DNA from: Callorhinchus milii
Taxonomy: Eukaryota
NCBI RefSeq assembly: GCF_018977255.1
Contig: NW_024704742.1
Span: forward strand, 20,090,001 to 20,154,000
Direction: 5' to 3'
Length of the DNA stretch: 64,000 nt
Both the position numbers and the translations under genes were made by a program. Below are positions 23,175 to 33,713 of this stretch, piece after piece. The notes beneath the pieces were generated by a model that worked only from the letters and a program-made list of their open reading frames with translations, ran no database searches and was not told the DNA's origin. Every line of letters begins with the position of its first letter. Position 1 is the first letter of the stretch.

Positions 23175-24377
23175 ATGGTAAAAGGGTAACAGGACTTTGT
23201 GAGCACCCTGTACATTTACAGGCATGCATGCCAATTCCATATATAATTATTTACAGATATTAATATGGAATGAAACTCTGTCTTGCAATGTTCTATAATC
23301 ATTGGATATAAGATTTTATGGTCAAATATTAAGCAGTGAGGACAAAGGATTTCTCCCCCTCCCACCCAAAAGTAGAAAAAATGCAATCTATTTGATCTGT
23401 TCTACATCAGCTACTTTATCATGCAACCACCGTCTATCTGGTTTAGCCTCTTATTTTCCATTAGCTAAAATGTTTCTGAATAAAAATCATTGAAATCATC
23501 AATATATAAATCACTATTCTGCCCAAAGGCACCTATTGGAGGCTAAGCTATCTTTTCTATTCCACAACCACCACAATGTTGCAAACTGAATGTGCTTTGC
23601 ATTGGATTATCTTGTTTTACGATTACTTTTTGACCATCAGACAATAGCATGCAAGCTACTTAAAGCATTGAGGTATATTAGTGTTGGCATTTATAAATAT
23701 TTACACCAGCATTGTCCCACTTCTTTTTGTGCTAAAAGGCATAAAAATGCAAATGTTAAAAAGATAAATCTGATTTTTTGTTCCAGCTTAGCTTGATGAA
23801 ACGATAAGAGTAATTCAAGTAAAGGAAGAATATTGGAAGAACTTTGTAGTACAGCAGGGTTCCTATGCCATTAGCTGAAATGACATGGCTCGACGATGCA
23901 TTATGATTCCGTCATTTTATTTGCGTACTATGTTGTCAATTGTGAGACAGTCCCAAATCCCACAGGCAGCATGAGAAATAAAAAATTCTAGTTATGTAGT
24001 TGTGCCTGCAGGGAGATCTGAATCCTAAAGGAGACCCGATTCAACATGCAGTCTTGCTGGAAATGCTCTCATCCATAAAAGAGAGTCCCACCAGTAATAC
24101 AATAATCTTCACTTAGTCCGTGAGGTTGGCTGGTTCTCTCCTTTCACTTAACCTGGCTGGTAGATTGTGAGCAAGCATTCCCGGCCTTTTGTGATGGTTG
24201 TTCCACAGTGTTGAGTTACGACGGCTTGTAAGCTGTGGTGCTAAGAGGAACCCTGGAGATTCGAAATAGATGTGGAAGTGTTATGCATCAATCAATAGCA
24301 CCAAAAGAGAGGTAGAAAATAATACAAATATAACTATCTCAAAGATTAACTTTATTTTTAGCTCTAGAGCCAAACGG

Positions 24378-24815
24378 ATGTCAGCTTGGCTCAGTTCATT
24401 CTTGCCTCTGAGTTAGAAGGCTGTGGGTTGAAGCCCCAAGTTGGGACTTTGGGGTTTCACAGGCTAGCCTTACACTCCAATGCCAATGCTGTGAGAATGC
24501 TGTACTGCCATAGGTGTTGTCCTTCGAATGAGACATTAAGCTGAGGTCCTGTCTGCATGTTGAGGTGGACTTCAAAGATCCCATGACATTACGCAAAAAG
24601 AGAAGGGAGTTTCTCTAGTGTCTGCCCAACAACCGCTCAGATAAAAATTGATTATTCATTTTGTGGCTGTTAGTGGGAGATTGTTGTATACAAATTGACT
24701 GCCACGTTTGCCTACAAATACACAGTCACTACATTTGTCAGTAAAATCTTGTGGAGAACTTTAAGACATTTCTGTTACGTGATAAGGTACCATATCAAAT
24801 ACAAGAACTATTATT
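24378..24815 (+). mobile_element. Deu-domain tRNA-SINE, full length
   Basis: TGTCAGCTTGGCTCAGTT...GGGTTGAAGCCCC head; AAAGATCCCATGAC; GGCTGTTAGTGGGA..TTG..GT..ACAAATTGACTGCC; tail CTATTATT. Confidence 0.8.
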
Positions 24816-24929
24816 GTACAGAATAACAAGATCAGTTCTGATGAAGAGGGGCACGTCAGCCCATCTTCTCTCATCCTTCCTTCCTGAATATTCACTCTGC
24901 CATCTGCTCACTACAGCACTAAACTTTTT

Positions 24930-25165
24930 TTTAAATGTCCCTCGCACCCTCTGCTACACCATTGGAGGCTGTGCTTTCAGCCACTATGGCCTGAAACTGT
25001 GGAACGCTCTCTCCCCTTTTTCAAGTCCCATCTGAAAACCTTCCTTTGCGACTGTGCTTACTGTCACCTCCCCCACACTGGCTCGGAGCCAGGCACCGCC
25101 ACTGTTAAGTGCTCTGAGATGCTACCCTCCGTGGAGAATGTTATATAAATGCAAGTTGTTGTTGT
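24930..25165 (+). mobile_element. L2 3' end (second tail type)
   Basis: Encodes TIGGCAFSHYG.KLWNAL; tail ACTGTTAAGTGCTCTGAGATGCTACCCTCCGTGG...GCAAGTTGTTGTTG. Confidence 0.8.
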
Positions 25166-25169
25166 CGGC

Positions 25170-26340
25170 ACCTCCACAACTCAGGCATTGGCAGCATCAT
25201 CTTCCATGAATGCACACTCCATCTCACTGAGCCAGTCCGGAACCTTGGGGTCTTGTTTGACCCTCAACTGCACTCTCCACCCGACATCCGTGCCATTCTG
25301 CCTTCTCCCACCGGCGCACCATCACCCGGTTCCACCATTGCCTCTCCCCTCAGACTGCCGAAACCCTCATCCACACATTCATCACATCCAGAATTGATTA
25401 TGCTACCTTCCTGCTTGTAGGAAGGAGCAAGGTCGTGGAGGCCTTTGAAACTGAGGATCAGAATCTTAAACTTTTTTTGGATCAGGATCTTAATAATAAT
25501 AATAATAATCCTTGCATTTGATATAGCGCTTTTCACGTCGGGAGGACGTCCCAAAGCGCTTCACAGAACATACTGTAAAGTGAATTGACTGTATATTTGT
25601 GGGCGAACGCGGCAGCCAATTGCGCACAGCAATGTCCCACAAACAGTCGTAGATTGAAAATGACCAATTTAATTATTGTTTTTGGTTTTTTGGAGGGATT
25701 ATTATTAGGCGTGTGGAGTAAGGAAACTTGCCCAAGGTTTCGCCCTGACCTGCCTGGAATTGAACTCAGGTCTCTCACTTGCAAAGCGAGTGCTCTAACC
25801 ACTGAGCTACAGGACTCCACAGGATCTTAACCTTGTTCTTCCCAAATCTTCCCTCCACAAGCTGCAGATCATCCAGAACTTTGCAGCTCGTTTCCTCTCC
25901 CGCATCAGGCTCCATGAACCTACCACCCTCGCCCGGCCCCACTGGTTCCCCATACCTCAGAGGATAACGTTTAAGATCGTGATTCGTGCTTTCAAAGCCC
26001 TCCACGATCTTACTCCTTCCTATCTCTGTTACATGCTAATCCCATACCAACCTGTCCGCTCTCTCCTCTCAGTGGATTCTAGCCTGCTCCATGTCACCCC
26101 CCTGCCCGCCCCACCATTAGCGGTTGGACCTTCAGCCTCTCTGCCCTCTCCTTTATCTCCTCCAATGCTCCTCTCAAGACCCTCCTTTTCGACCTCTTTC
26201 AGTCACCCTCCTACCCCCCATCTCTCTACCCTCGACCCCTCCTAATCCCAACCTGCACTCAGGTGCAAATCCTTGACTGTCCAGCACATTGGGACATCCT
26301 CTGACACAAAAGACACTGTACAAATGTAATTTGTTGTTGT
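25170..26340 (+). mobile_element. L2 fragment interrupted by a SINE and a short inverted L2 piece
   Basis: Encodes RNLGVLFD..L / AETLIHTFITSRIDY at 25240-25400; resumes LHKLQIIQN at 25850; (TTG)n tail at 26330. Confidence 0.8.
25494..25819 (-). mobile_element. Young full-length tRNA-Ala-derived SINE with 11-bp TSD
   Basis: Head GGAGTCCTGTAGCTCAGTGGTTAGAGCACTCGCTTTGCAAGTGAGAGACCTGAGTTCAATTCC (A/B boxes, TGC anticodon position); (TTA)n tail; CAGGATCTTAA at 25483-25493 and 25820-25830. Confidence 0.92.
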
Positions 26341-26364
26341 ACGACTGTTTTTCTTTGGTGTGGT

Positions 26365-26640
26365 CTCAGTACTGTGTGCTGTCTTGCTGGAAATGCTGTC
26401 CTTGAGACTTTAAACTGAGGTCTAGTCTGCCTGTTTGAGTTAAAGATCTCATGGCACCTTTCGAAATAGAAAGGAGTTTGTTTTGTCATCCTGGCCAACA
26501 ATTCTCCAAATAAAATCATGCCTATTTGTCAGACATTGCTGTGTGTAATTGCGCTGCTGTATTTGCTACAAACACAGTCACTACTGTGATGTTCTTTTGA
26601 TGTGAAAGACGCATAATCTAAATGCAAGGATTTTTGTTGT
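26365..26640 (+). mobile_element. Deu-domain SINE, 5'-truncated
   Basis: TTAAACTGAGGTCTAGTCTGCCTGTTTG...AAAGATCTCATGGCAC...CCTGGCCAAC...AAATGCAAGGAT. Confidence 0.7.
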
Positions 26641-27052
26641 TATTACTGTTGTTATAATAATAATAATTATTATTTTTGTTGTCAGAAGAGCTGCACATAA
26701 TTTACTATTGTTCTCCGAAACCTTAATTTCAGGCCACTCTGAATTGAATGTATTCCAATGCTGATTTATGTTAATTTCTCTATGTTTTGTATACTGTGGT
26801 ATCACCTTGATTTTTATATTTGCTGACAAAAGTGTTGTGCACTTTCCGGGATCTTCCCTTCCTTGCCGCTTTTATAGATTTATTCCCAGCTTTGGGAGAA
26901 GATTTTTTAAAGGTAATAGCAATAAGAGAGAAATGGAAAAGCTAAATAAAAAAAATAAACACCCTGAGAGACTGAGGGAAGAAAAGAATCCCCCAAAAAG
27001 AAACTCAGAAAATAAAACTAAGACAGATAATACAGCTTTAAAAACATTGTGC

Positions 27053-27305
27053 TAATAATCCTTGCATTTGATATGGCACATACAATGTTAAAACGCCTCA
27101 AAATGCTTCACTGGTTACAGGTTTCAAATCTATGCACACAAGGACCCATATGCAGACATCAAGGGAATGACCAATTTATTTGACGATTGTCAACCAGACC
27201 ACTAGGAGAAACTCTTTTCTCTTTTTGAATAGTGCTATGGGATCTTTAGCATCCACCTGAAGAGAGCAGATGGGACCTTGGTTCAACATGTCATCTGAAG
27301 CACGA
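27053..27305 (-). mobile_element. Deu-domain SINE 3' part
   Basis: TAATAATCCTTGCATTTGAT tail and GGGATCTTTAGCATCCACCTG core, in reverse orientation. Confidence 0.7.
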
Positions 27306-28930
27306 CAACCGGAAGCTTGAACCGTGAACAAAGATTAAATTGCATTTCTGACTCCCGTTCCATATGATATTTTCAGGAAGATTTCAGATTTCCCCCTCAC
27401 CTCTATGGTTGTCATGCTGGATTCTGTTAACATTTTCTAAATTCTCATTCTAAATCTCCTTTCACCAGAGTAAGTGTGTGAAACATAATGTAATTTTTTT
27501 TATCATAGAAATACACAGCAAGATTACAACCATAAAATAAAATGAACAAAAGTTAGAGTATAACCCGGACTAATGCCAGGTATGAATTTCAGCAAAAATC
27601 TGTGGTTTCCTCCACCACCTCCTCACCATTATGCAGCATTGTAATCCTATGTGGAATGAAGCATTTCTCTATCTGAATAGGTGTAGGGTTAATTGGCTGT
27701 TATAGCTTTCAGCTATACATGCTTAATGGGGTGAAACACATTAGGGTGAACACTGCAGGAATACTTTTGTTGAAACCTCTTCAAAGCACACATTGAGAAG
27801 CCTACACTTATGTGCATACAAGTGCTGGGAACTGATGTTGTTTTCCCTGATATAGTTACTTTAATTTTTAAATTCCATCTATTCCAGGTCGATAGCTTTT
27901 ATCACTATTTATTTTAAATTTTTGAAAATAAAGTGAACTTGTCCTCAAGAAACTCGAGACTAATAAATTATATCACTCATACTGATGATAGATTCATATT
28001 AACAGTCTTGTCAGCCTACACATCTTCGTGTTAAACACTAATAGCCTTGTGACATCTGGATGCTGATGACGGTGGTGGAGAAGAACCAGGAGGGGGGGCT
28101 TAATGTTTAAATTTAAATTTTAAAATTAAAGTAACCATGTCAGCAGCTGATTCCTTTGCTAACGCTTATTATAATGCACACAGTTTGATAATTGAGTAAC
28201 ATTTTTGATACTTAGTGATGATTTACATTTTAATTGTGCCGAAAAGGATGATTAAAATAAAAATACACGTGATCATTTGCACTCTAGTGCTTAATAAGGT
28301 CTTGAAATAAGCCCTTCGGGACAATATTAGCTTAAATGCTGAAACGCAACCAAATGGTGATTTATTTCTATCACTCCACTGTCTACTTGGAACACCACGT
28401 TATTGATCTGCTTTGACACTAAAATATCAACGGGTGGTACTTTGAATTATAATGAGCTAACTGCACATCACATTGCTGCAATCCTTGTTGCATTGGCTGC
28501 ATAACTAATGGGGTCCTGTTGTTTATTTCCATTGCTCACTAACTTATTGCTTCTTTTGCTCAACCCAAGGGCTAAAAATAATCTTATTTTGTCTCCCACA
28601 CAGACCCTTCATTATAATTTGCAGTTGAAATTCTCAAGGTTAATTATTAAGATCCTCCACTACAGAAACTATACATTTGGGAATAATTTGCTGTTTGATA
28701 TTAACACACAATTAATGGCTGGGAATTAATTTCAATTTTGCCCCTCACCTCTGAGATTGTCTTTTGATTACAGTAAGGGTCTACAATCCCAGGATGGGCA
28801 GCAGAGAAGTGAGTTTACTTGGGATTGAAGGCTTATGGTAGAAAGCTGTTGGCAGGGAGCATTAATTATACTTTGTGGATGAGTCTCTTTGTTTGTCACT
28901 GTGTGTCAGCCTGACACAGTTGACAGCACT

Positions 28931-29624
28931 TGTTAGAATTTACACTTTTTGTATAATGTTAGAATCATAATAGATGTTGCGAACGGGTTAACTTTTAAGT
29001 TAAGTGTGTTGTGGGCAGCTGGACTGAAACTCCCTGCACGTACACGAGATAACGGACTGTCTCAAGGACAGTGTGTTTGTGTGTGTGAGGCACGTACACC
29101 CCATGAGGTGTTCACGTGAACCCAGCATGATTTCGACCGGGTGATCTAATATCCACACCATGATTGGATGAATATTGGTATAAGAGTTCCGATAACTTTG
29201 TGTACGGGGCCGTCCCGGGTCGCGGAGACAAGGATACGGGAGATGGAGCCATCCCAGGTCGCGGAGACAAGGATACGGGAGATGGACCGTCCCGGGCTGA
29301 GGAGACAAGGCTACGGAGATGGAAGACTAAGAGCTGGAAACACTAAGACTGAGGATATCAGATGGAAGATTGAAAGCTGTAAGCAAGAAGACTGAAAGCA
29401 TGAAGAATCAAGCTTGTGTGCTGGAAAGACAGTGTTGAACTCTTGAACTCGAGATATCTATAGTGGTGTTATTGTGTTATACGATCTGTTGATTGTACCG
29501 GCCTTTGGTCTGACCCATCGGGATATTGGGGAATAACGAACGAATTATAATAAAACAGTCTGATATCTGGTTAGAGGAATTAGCGTTATTTCCTTGCAGA
29601 TTTGGCTGATTTTATTTTCTAACA
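28931..29624 (+). mobile_element. Solo LTR (Gypsy/ERV-type), 694 bp
   Basis: Termini TGTTAGAA...TTCTAACA (perfect 8-bp inverted); 4-bp TSD CACT (28927-28930 and 29625-29628); TATA-like GTATAAG ~29178; AATAAA 29549-29554. Confidence 0.88.
29210..29323 (+). repeat. Three tandem ~38-bp units inside the LTR
   Basis: CC(G/A)TCCC(G/A)GGTCGCGGAGACAAGGATACGGGAGATGGA x2 plus a diverged third copy. Confidence 0.9.
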
Positions 29625-30714
29625 CACTGGTGTCTCTGAATCAGATGGTTGTGGGTTTAAGCCCCATGTCGGGACTTGAATTTACACAGTTTAAGATGTT
29701 GTTCCAATGCAGTGTTGGGGTGTGCTGCATTGTTGGAGGAGCCATCTTTTGGATGAGACGTTAAAATGATTCCTCGTCTGCCTGTTCAGGTGGATGTTAA
29801 AGATCCCATGGCACTTTTCAAAAAGGGAAGGAAGTTTCTCCCAGTGTCCTGACCAAAAATCTCCAAATAAAATTGGTTATTCAATTCATGGCTGTTTGTG
29901 GGACATTTGAGATGTCTCGAAGATGTGACAAGATGCTACATCAAATGCAAGGATTATTCTTATTATTGTTGTTGCAAATTAACTGCTGCGTTTACCCACA
30001 AAACACACAGTCATTCACTTTACATTATATCTTGTGAAATGCTTTGAAATGTCCTCCTGACGTGAAAGGTACTATACTAAATGTAAGGATTATTATTATT
30101 CTAGGAGAAATCTTAGCAGATAATGTTGAAGGTTCTTTTATAATTGTCTGGCGGTTTCTTGTTGGGGTGCGTAAGTGTTGTACAATGAGGATAAAATCAA
30201 CCTTTTATCAACCTTGCAAACTATTATTTGTCGTAAGGATGCCATGTATATGAAACTTTGATTTTGATTAAAACATTATTGAATTGTCGATGCCTTTTAA
30301 TCTACCACCAAAATATTCTCAGCTGCATTGGTGACACGTTTTAAAATATAATATTTTACTCCATAATTTTCTTTATTCTGAGATAATGGATACAAAATGT
30401 TGAAGTGCCCATTTAAGGAGATTTACAATTGCCATTAAGCGTTTACACCTGACAACACCTCCTGCCACACTGCTGAATTGATGATACCCTATTGTATACT
30501 TGTTTTTCTTTATCACTGCATTCTTTCTGCTTAAATTCATCTTTTTGGAAAATTCAATTAGAATTCAAAGTAATGATTTTAACAACTAAAGACTGTAACA
30601 ATCCTGTCTTAAAGGAGCTGCAGGTTAAATCTCTTCCTTTGAGTGAGACTTCATTTGTGCACGCAAACCTACAGTCAAAAATATCATAGGGGGAGAGAAA
30701 TGAGAGATGGTTTT

Positions 30715-30873
30715 GAAATTTCAATAAAATGTAGATAGATATTTGGGGAGGACAAATTTGAGGGCTATGGAGAGAGCGCGGGTGAGTGGAATAACTTGGA
30801 CAGCTCTTCCAAAGAGCTGGCACGGACATGATGGATTGAATGGCCTCCTTCTGTGCTGTATAATTCTATGATT
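30715..30873 (+). mobile_element. CR1 3' end
   Basis: GGGCTATGGAGAGAGCGCGGGTGAGTGG...GAGCTGGCACGGACATGATGG..GAATGGCCTCCTTCTGTGCTGTATAATTCTATGATT. Confidence 0.85.
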
Positions 30874-31064
30874 GTAAAAGAGAAAGTGCTAATATACAGT
30901 CTATAACAAGTGAGCAGTTGTGTAACAGCACACATAGTAATATGTAAATCATAGAGCAATAAAACCAGTATAATAATATTATTTATAATAGTATTTGATA
31001 TCGGTTTTATTATGTCATCAACACGTTTCACAGGATTTTTCAGTGAACTGTGATGATTGTGTAT

Positions 31065-31388
31065 TTGTAGGTGATTCCAGTAACCTTATTGCAAACAGCA
31101 GTGTGCCACAAAGTGAATGATTAATTTTATCTGGGAAGAGATTGTTGGCCAGGACACCAGGATAAACTCCCTTCTCTTATCAAATAGTGCCAAAGGATCT
31201 ATAAACCTGAACAGGTAAAGCTGGTCGAGGGTTAACCTCATTCAAAGGAAAGCACCTGTGGCAATGCATCACTCTCAAAGCATTGTAATAGCGTATCAGC
31301 CTGGGCTATGAGCCTAAAATTCCATGCTTGAGCCCACAACCTTTTGACTCAGAGGCAAAAAGTGCTACCAACAGAGGCAGCCTGACAT
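31065..31388 (-). mobile_element. Deu-domain SINE
   Basis: Reverse head ...CCCACAACCTTTTGACTCAGAGGC...GTGCTACCAAC..AGGCAGCCTGACA. Confidence 0.75.
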
Positions 31389-32429
31389 TTAAAAGCAATG
31401 TCCTATAAAGAGATGTTAACAAATATGATTCAACAAGACATTTATCACTATTATTGTGCACTGCATGTGCCATTGTGATTCTGCATCCATTCAAAAAACA
31501 AGAAATTCTCATAAACCAGTTTAATACATGCAGTGTTATACCACTTTACAGTATATTCTGTGAAGTGCTTTGTGATGTCCTCCCGACATGAAAGATGCTA
31601 CGCCAAATGTACGATTATTATTATAATAATACAACATTGCCTGTTTCCATCACTACCTCTCCCCTCAGGCCTTCGAGACCTTAATTCACACATTCATCAC
31701 GTCCAGGCTTGACTAAGCTAACTCTCTGTTTGTTGGATTTCCTAACTCTACTTTCACAAGCTGTAGACTATCCAGAACTTTGCAGCACATATCCTCTCAT
31801 AAGGATACATAAGGGTCAATTTCCAGGCAACAATCGCAACAAAGAATTCAGAAGATATTTTTGCAGCTTGTATTTATGATCATTATATAAATCCCATAAT
31901 AATAATACTAATAAAAATGTGATTACATTTTTGAAGCTGCTCTTTGTATCCAGAGTATATATATATACACACATACACACATTATATATAATATATATTC
32001 TTTTACACAACCATTCATCTATACTGTGGAGTTTGTGTGTGTGTGTGGTTTTGATACAAAGTGGAGCCTTTTTTTCTTTTGCTGGAGGCAAAACATTACA
32101 GTGGATATTAACAGCTGTTACACTGCATGTCACTGATGACAATGACATGTTGCACTGATCGATTGACATGATTGCTGCAGATTCATAGAGTGATAATCTA
32201 CATCTGCTTACCAAGAAATGGCGCACAGCAATCACTTTACAATATCAGCACAACATTGTGGAAAAACTAGAAGCTACTTGAGCACATGATAATTCTGTAA
32301 CATTTCTTTCTTCATTTTACTGTTTGTAACCCCATGATAATTTTTAACACTGAAAAACTGGCATGCAGTATTGATTTATTTTGCAGGAAAAATGTCAATT
32401 TTTAAAATATTGTAACCAGAGTGGAAGGA

Positions 32430-32890
32430 TGCTTTCATCACCCCGAGGCTAGATTTCTTCAACAATCTGGTTGCTAGATTAGCTTCTCTAACTCCACCCT
32501 AAATTCTAACTCATGAAAATCTCTGCAGCCTGTATTCTCTCCAACAATCGACTCTCCATATAATTATCCTATCCCTGCCATATTCCACTGACTCCTTGTA
32601 ACCCAGCTGATATACTTCAAGATCCTGGTTTTGACCTTTAATTTACTTCACGATCTTGTCCCTCCAGAATTTCACAGTTTCCACCGCTCCTATTCTGTAG
32701 CTCAAAACCTCTGCACTTCCAACTCTGATCCATTATGTTTTCTCACTCTCTCCATTCCATCATTGGTGCCAAAGGCTCCAGCAATAAGTTCCTGCTGTAT
32801 GGAGCTGTCTTGAAATCCCTTCATCTTAAACATCCTCTTAAAAAAATCCCCACCTTGAAAACCCTCTTAAAAAATTGTTTTTACTGTGTC
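32430..32890 (+). mobile_element. Degenerate L2 fragment
   Basis: GCTTTCATCACCCCGAGGCTAGAT ('AFITSRLD') ...TTCAAGATCCTGG ('FKIL'). Confidence 0.6.
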
Positions 32891-33077
32891 TTTCATCAAA
32901 GAGTCCTATAGGGTAATGCACTCCTTCGAAATTGAAGCATTTTATGTCTTTATATTAAGGTCATTACTTCTCTGAGCTTGTTTCTTGTTCCTCATGAGCT
33001 CCATGCATATTATCTTATACGATACGTAAGTATGAGAAAGAAATCTAATGTTTATTTTAAGCATATATTAAGATAAT

Positions 33078-33382
33078 GGAGTCCTGTAGCTCAGTGGTTA
33101 GAACACTCACCTTGCAAGTAAGAAACCTGGGTTTGATTCCTGGCAGGGTGAAACCTTGGGCAAGTTTCCTTACTCCACATGCCTGATAATAATGCCTCAA
33201 GAAAAATAAAACAATAATAAATTGGTCATTTCAATCCACGAGTGTGGGACGCTGCTGTGCGCAATTGGTTGCTCGTTTCGCCCACAAATATACAGTCAAT
33301 TCACTTTGCAGTATATTCTGTGAAGCGCTTTGAGATGTCTGGAAGATGTGAAAAACGCTATATCAAACGCTATATTATTATT
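33078..33382 (+). mobile_element. Full-length tRNA-Ala-derived SINE
   Basis: GGAGTCCTGTAGCTCAGTGGTTAGAAC head; GAAGCGCTTTGAGATGTC...TATTATTATT tail. Confidence 0.9.
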
Positions 33383-33387
33383 AATGG

Positions 33388-33713
33388 TTAACCCGGGTTC
33401 GATTCCCAGTTGAGGCGAGACCCTAGGCATGATTCCTTACTCCATACGCCTCTATTTACCTAGCAGTAAGTAGCATCCCAGGTTTTACTCAATTGGCAGA
33501 TTGCTTTCTGGGGATCATAATCCTATGGAAAAAAAAATTCATTACTCAATCCATGACTGTTTGTGGGACACTGCTGAGCGCACTTTGCTGACGTGTTTCA
33601 CCCACAAAATATACAGTTTACACTTTACAATATATTCTGTGAAGTGCTTTGAGATGTCTCAAGAATGTGATAAAGAGTTATATCAAATACAAGGATTATT
33701 ATTATTTATTATT
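33388..33713 (+). mobile_element. tRNA-Ala-type SINE, older long variant, directly tandem to the previous copy
   Basis: CCCGGGTTCGATTCCC B box; extra segment at 33452-33512; (TTA)n tail. Confidence 0.8.

Larger units (their letters stand above)
28904..30099 (+). mobile_element. Deu-domain SINE split by a solo LTR
   Basis: Head TGTCAGCCTGACACAGTTGACAGCACT stops at 28930 and resumes at 29629 with ..TCTCTGAATCAGATGGTTGTGGGTTTAAGCCCC; an extra SINE tail is inserted at ~29905-29970. Confidence 0.8.

Noticed and set aside
23010..23240. Minus-strand ORFs of 76 aa and 65 aa spanning the splice acceptor
   Set aside because: No resemblance to a protein I recognise, so they are not called as CDS. A novel terminal exon cannot be excluded.
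26855..26918. Plus-strand 35-nt micro-exon candidate (TTTTATAG|...AAAG|GTAATA)
   Set aside because: Not frame-preserving, weak donor and no supporting context.
29210..29323. Three ~38-bp repeats considered as a CRISPR-like array
   Set aside because: The units are directly tandem with no unique spacers and lie inside an LTR in a vertebrate genome.
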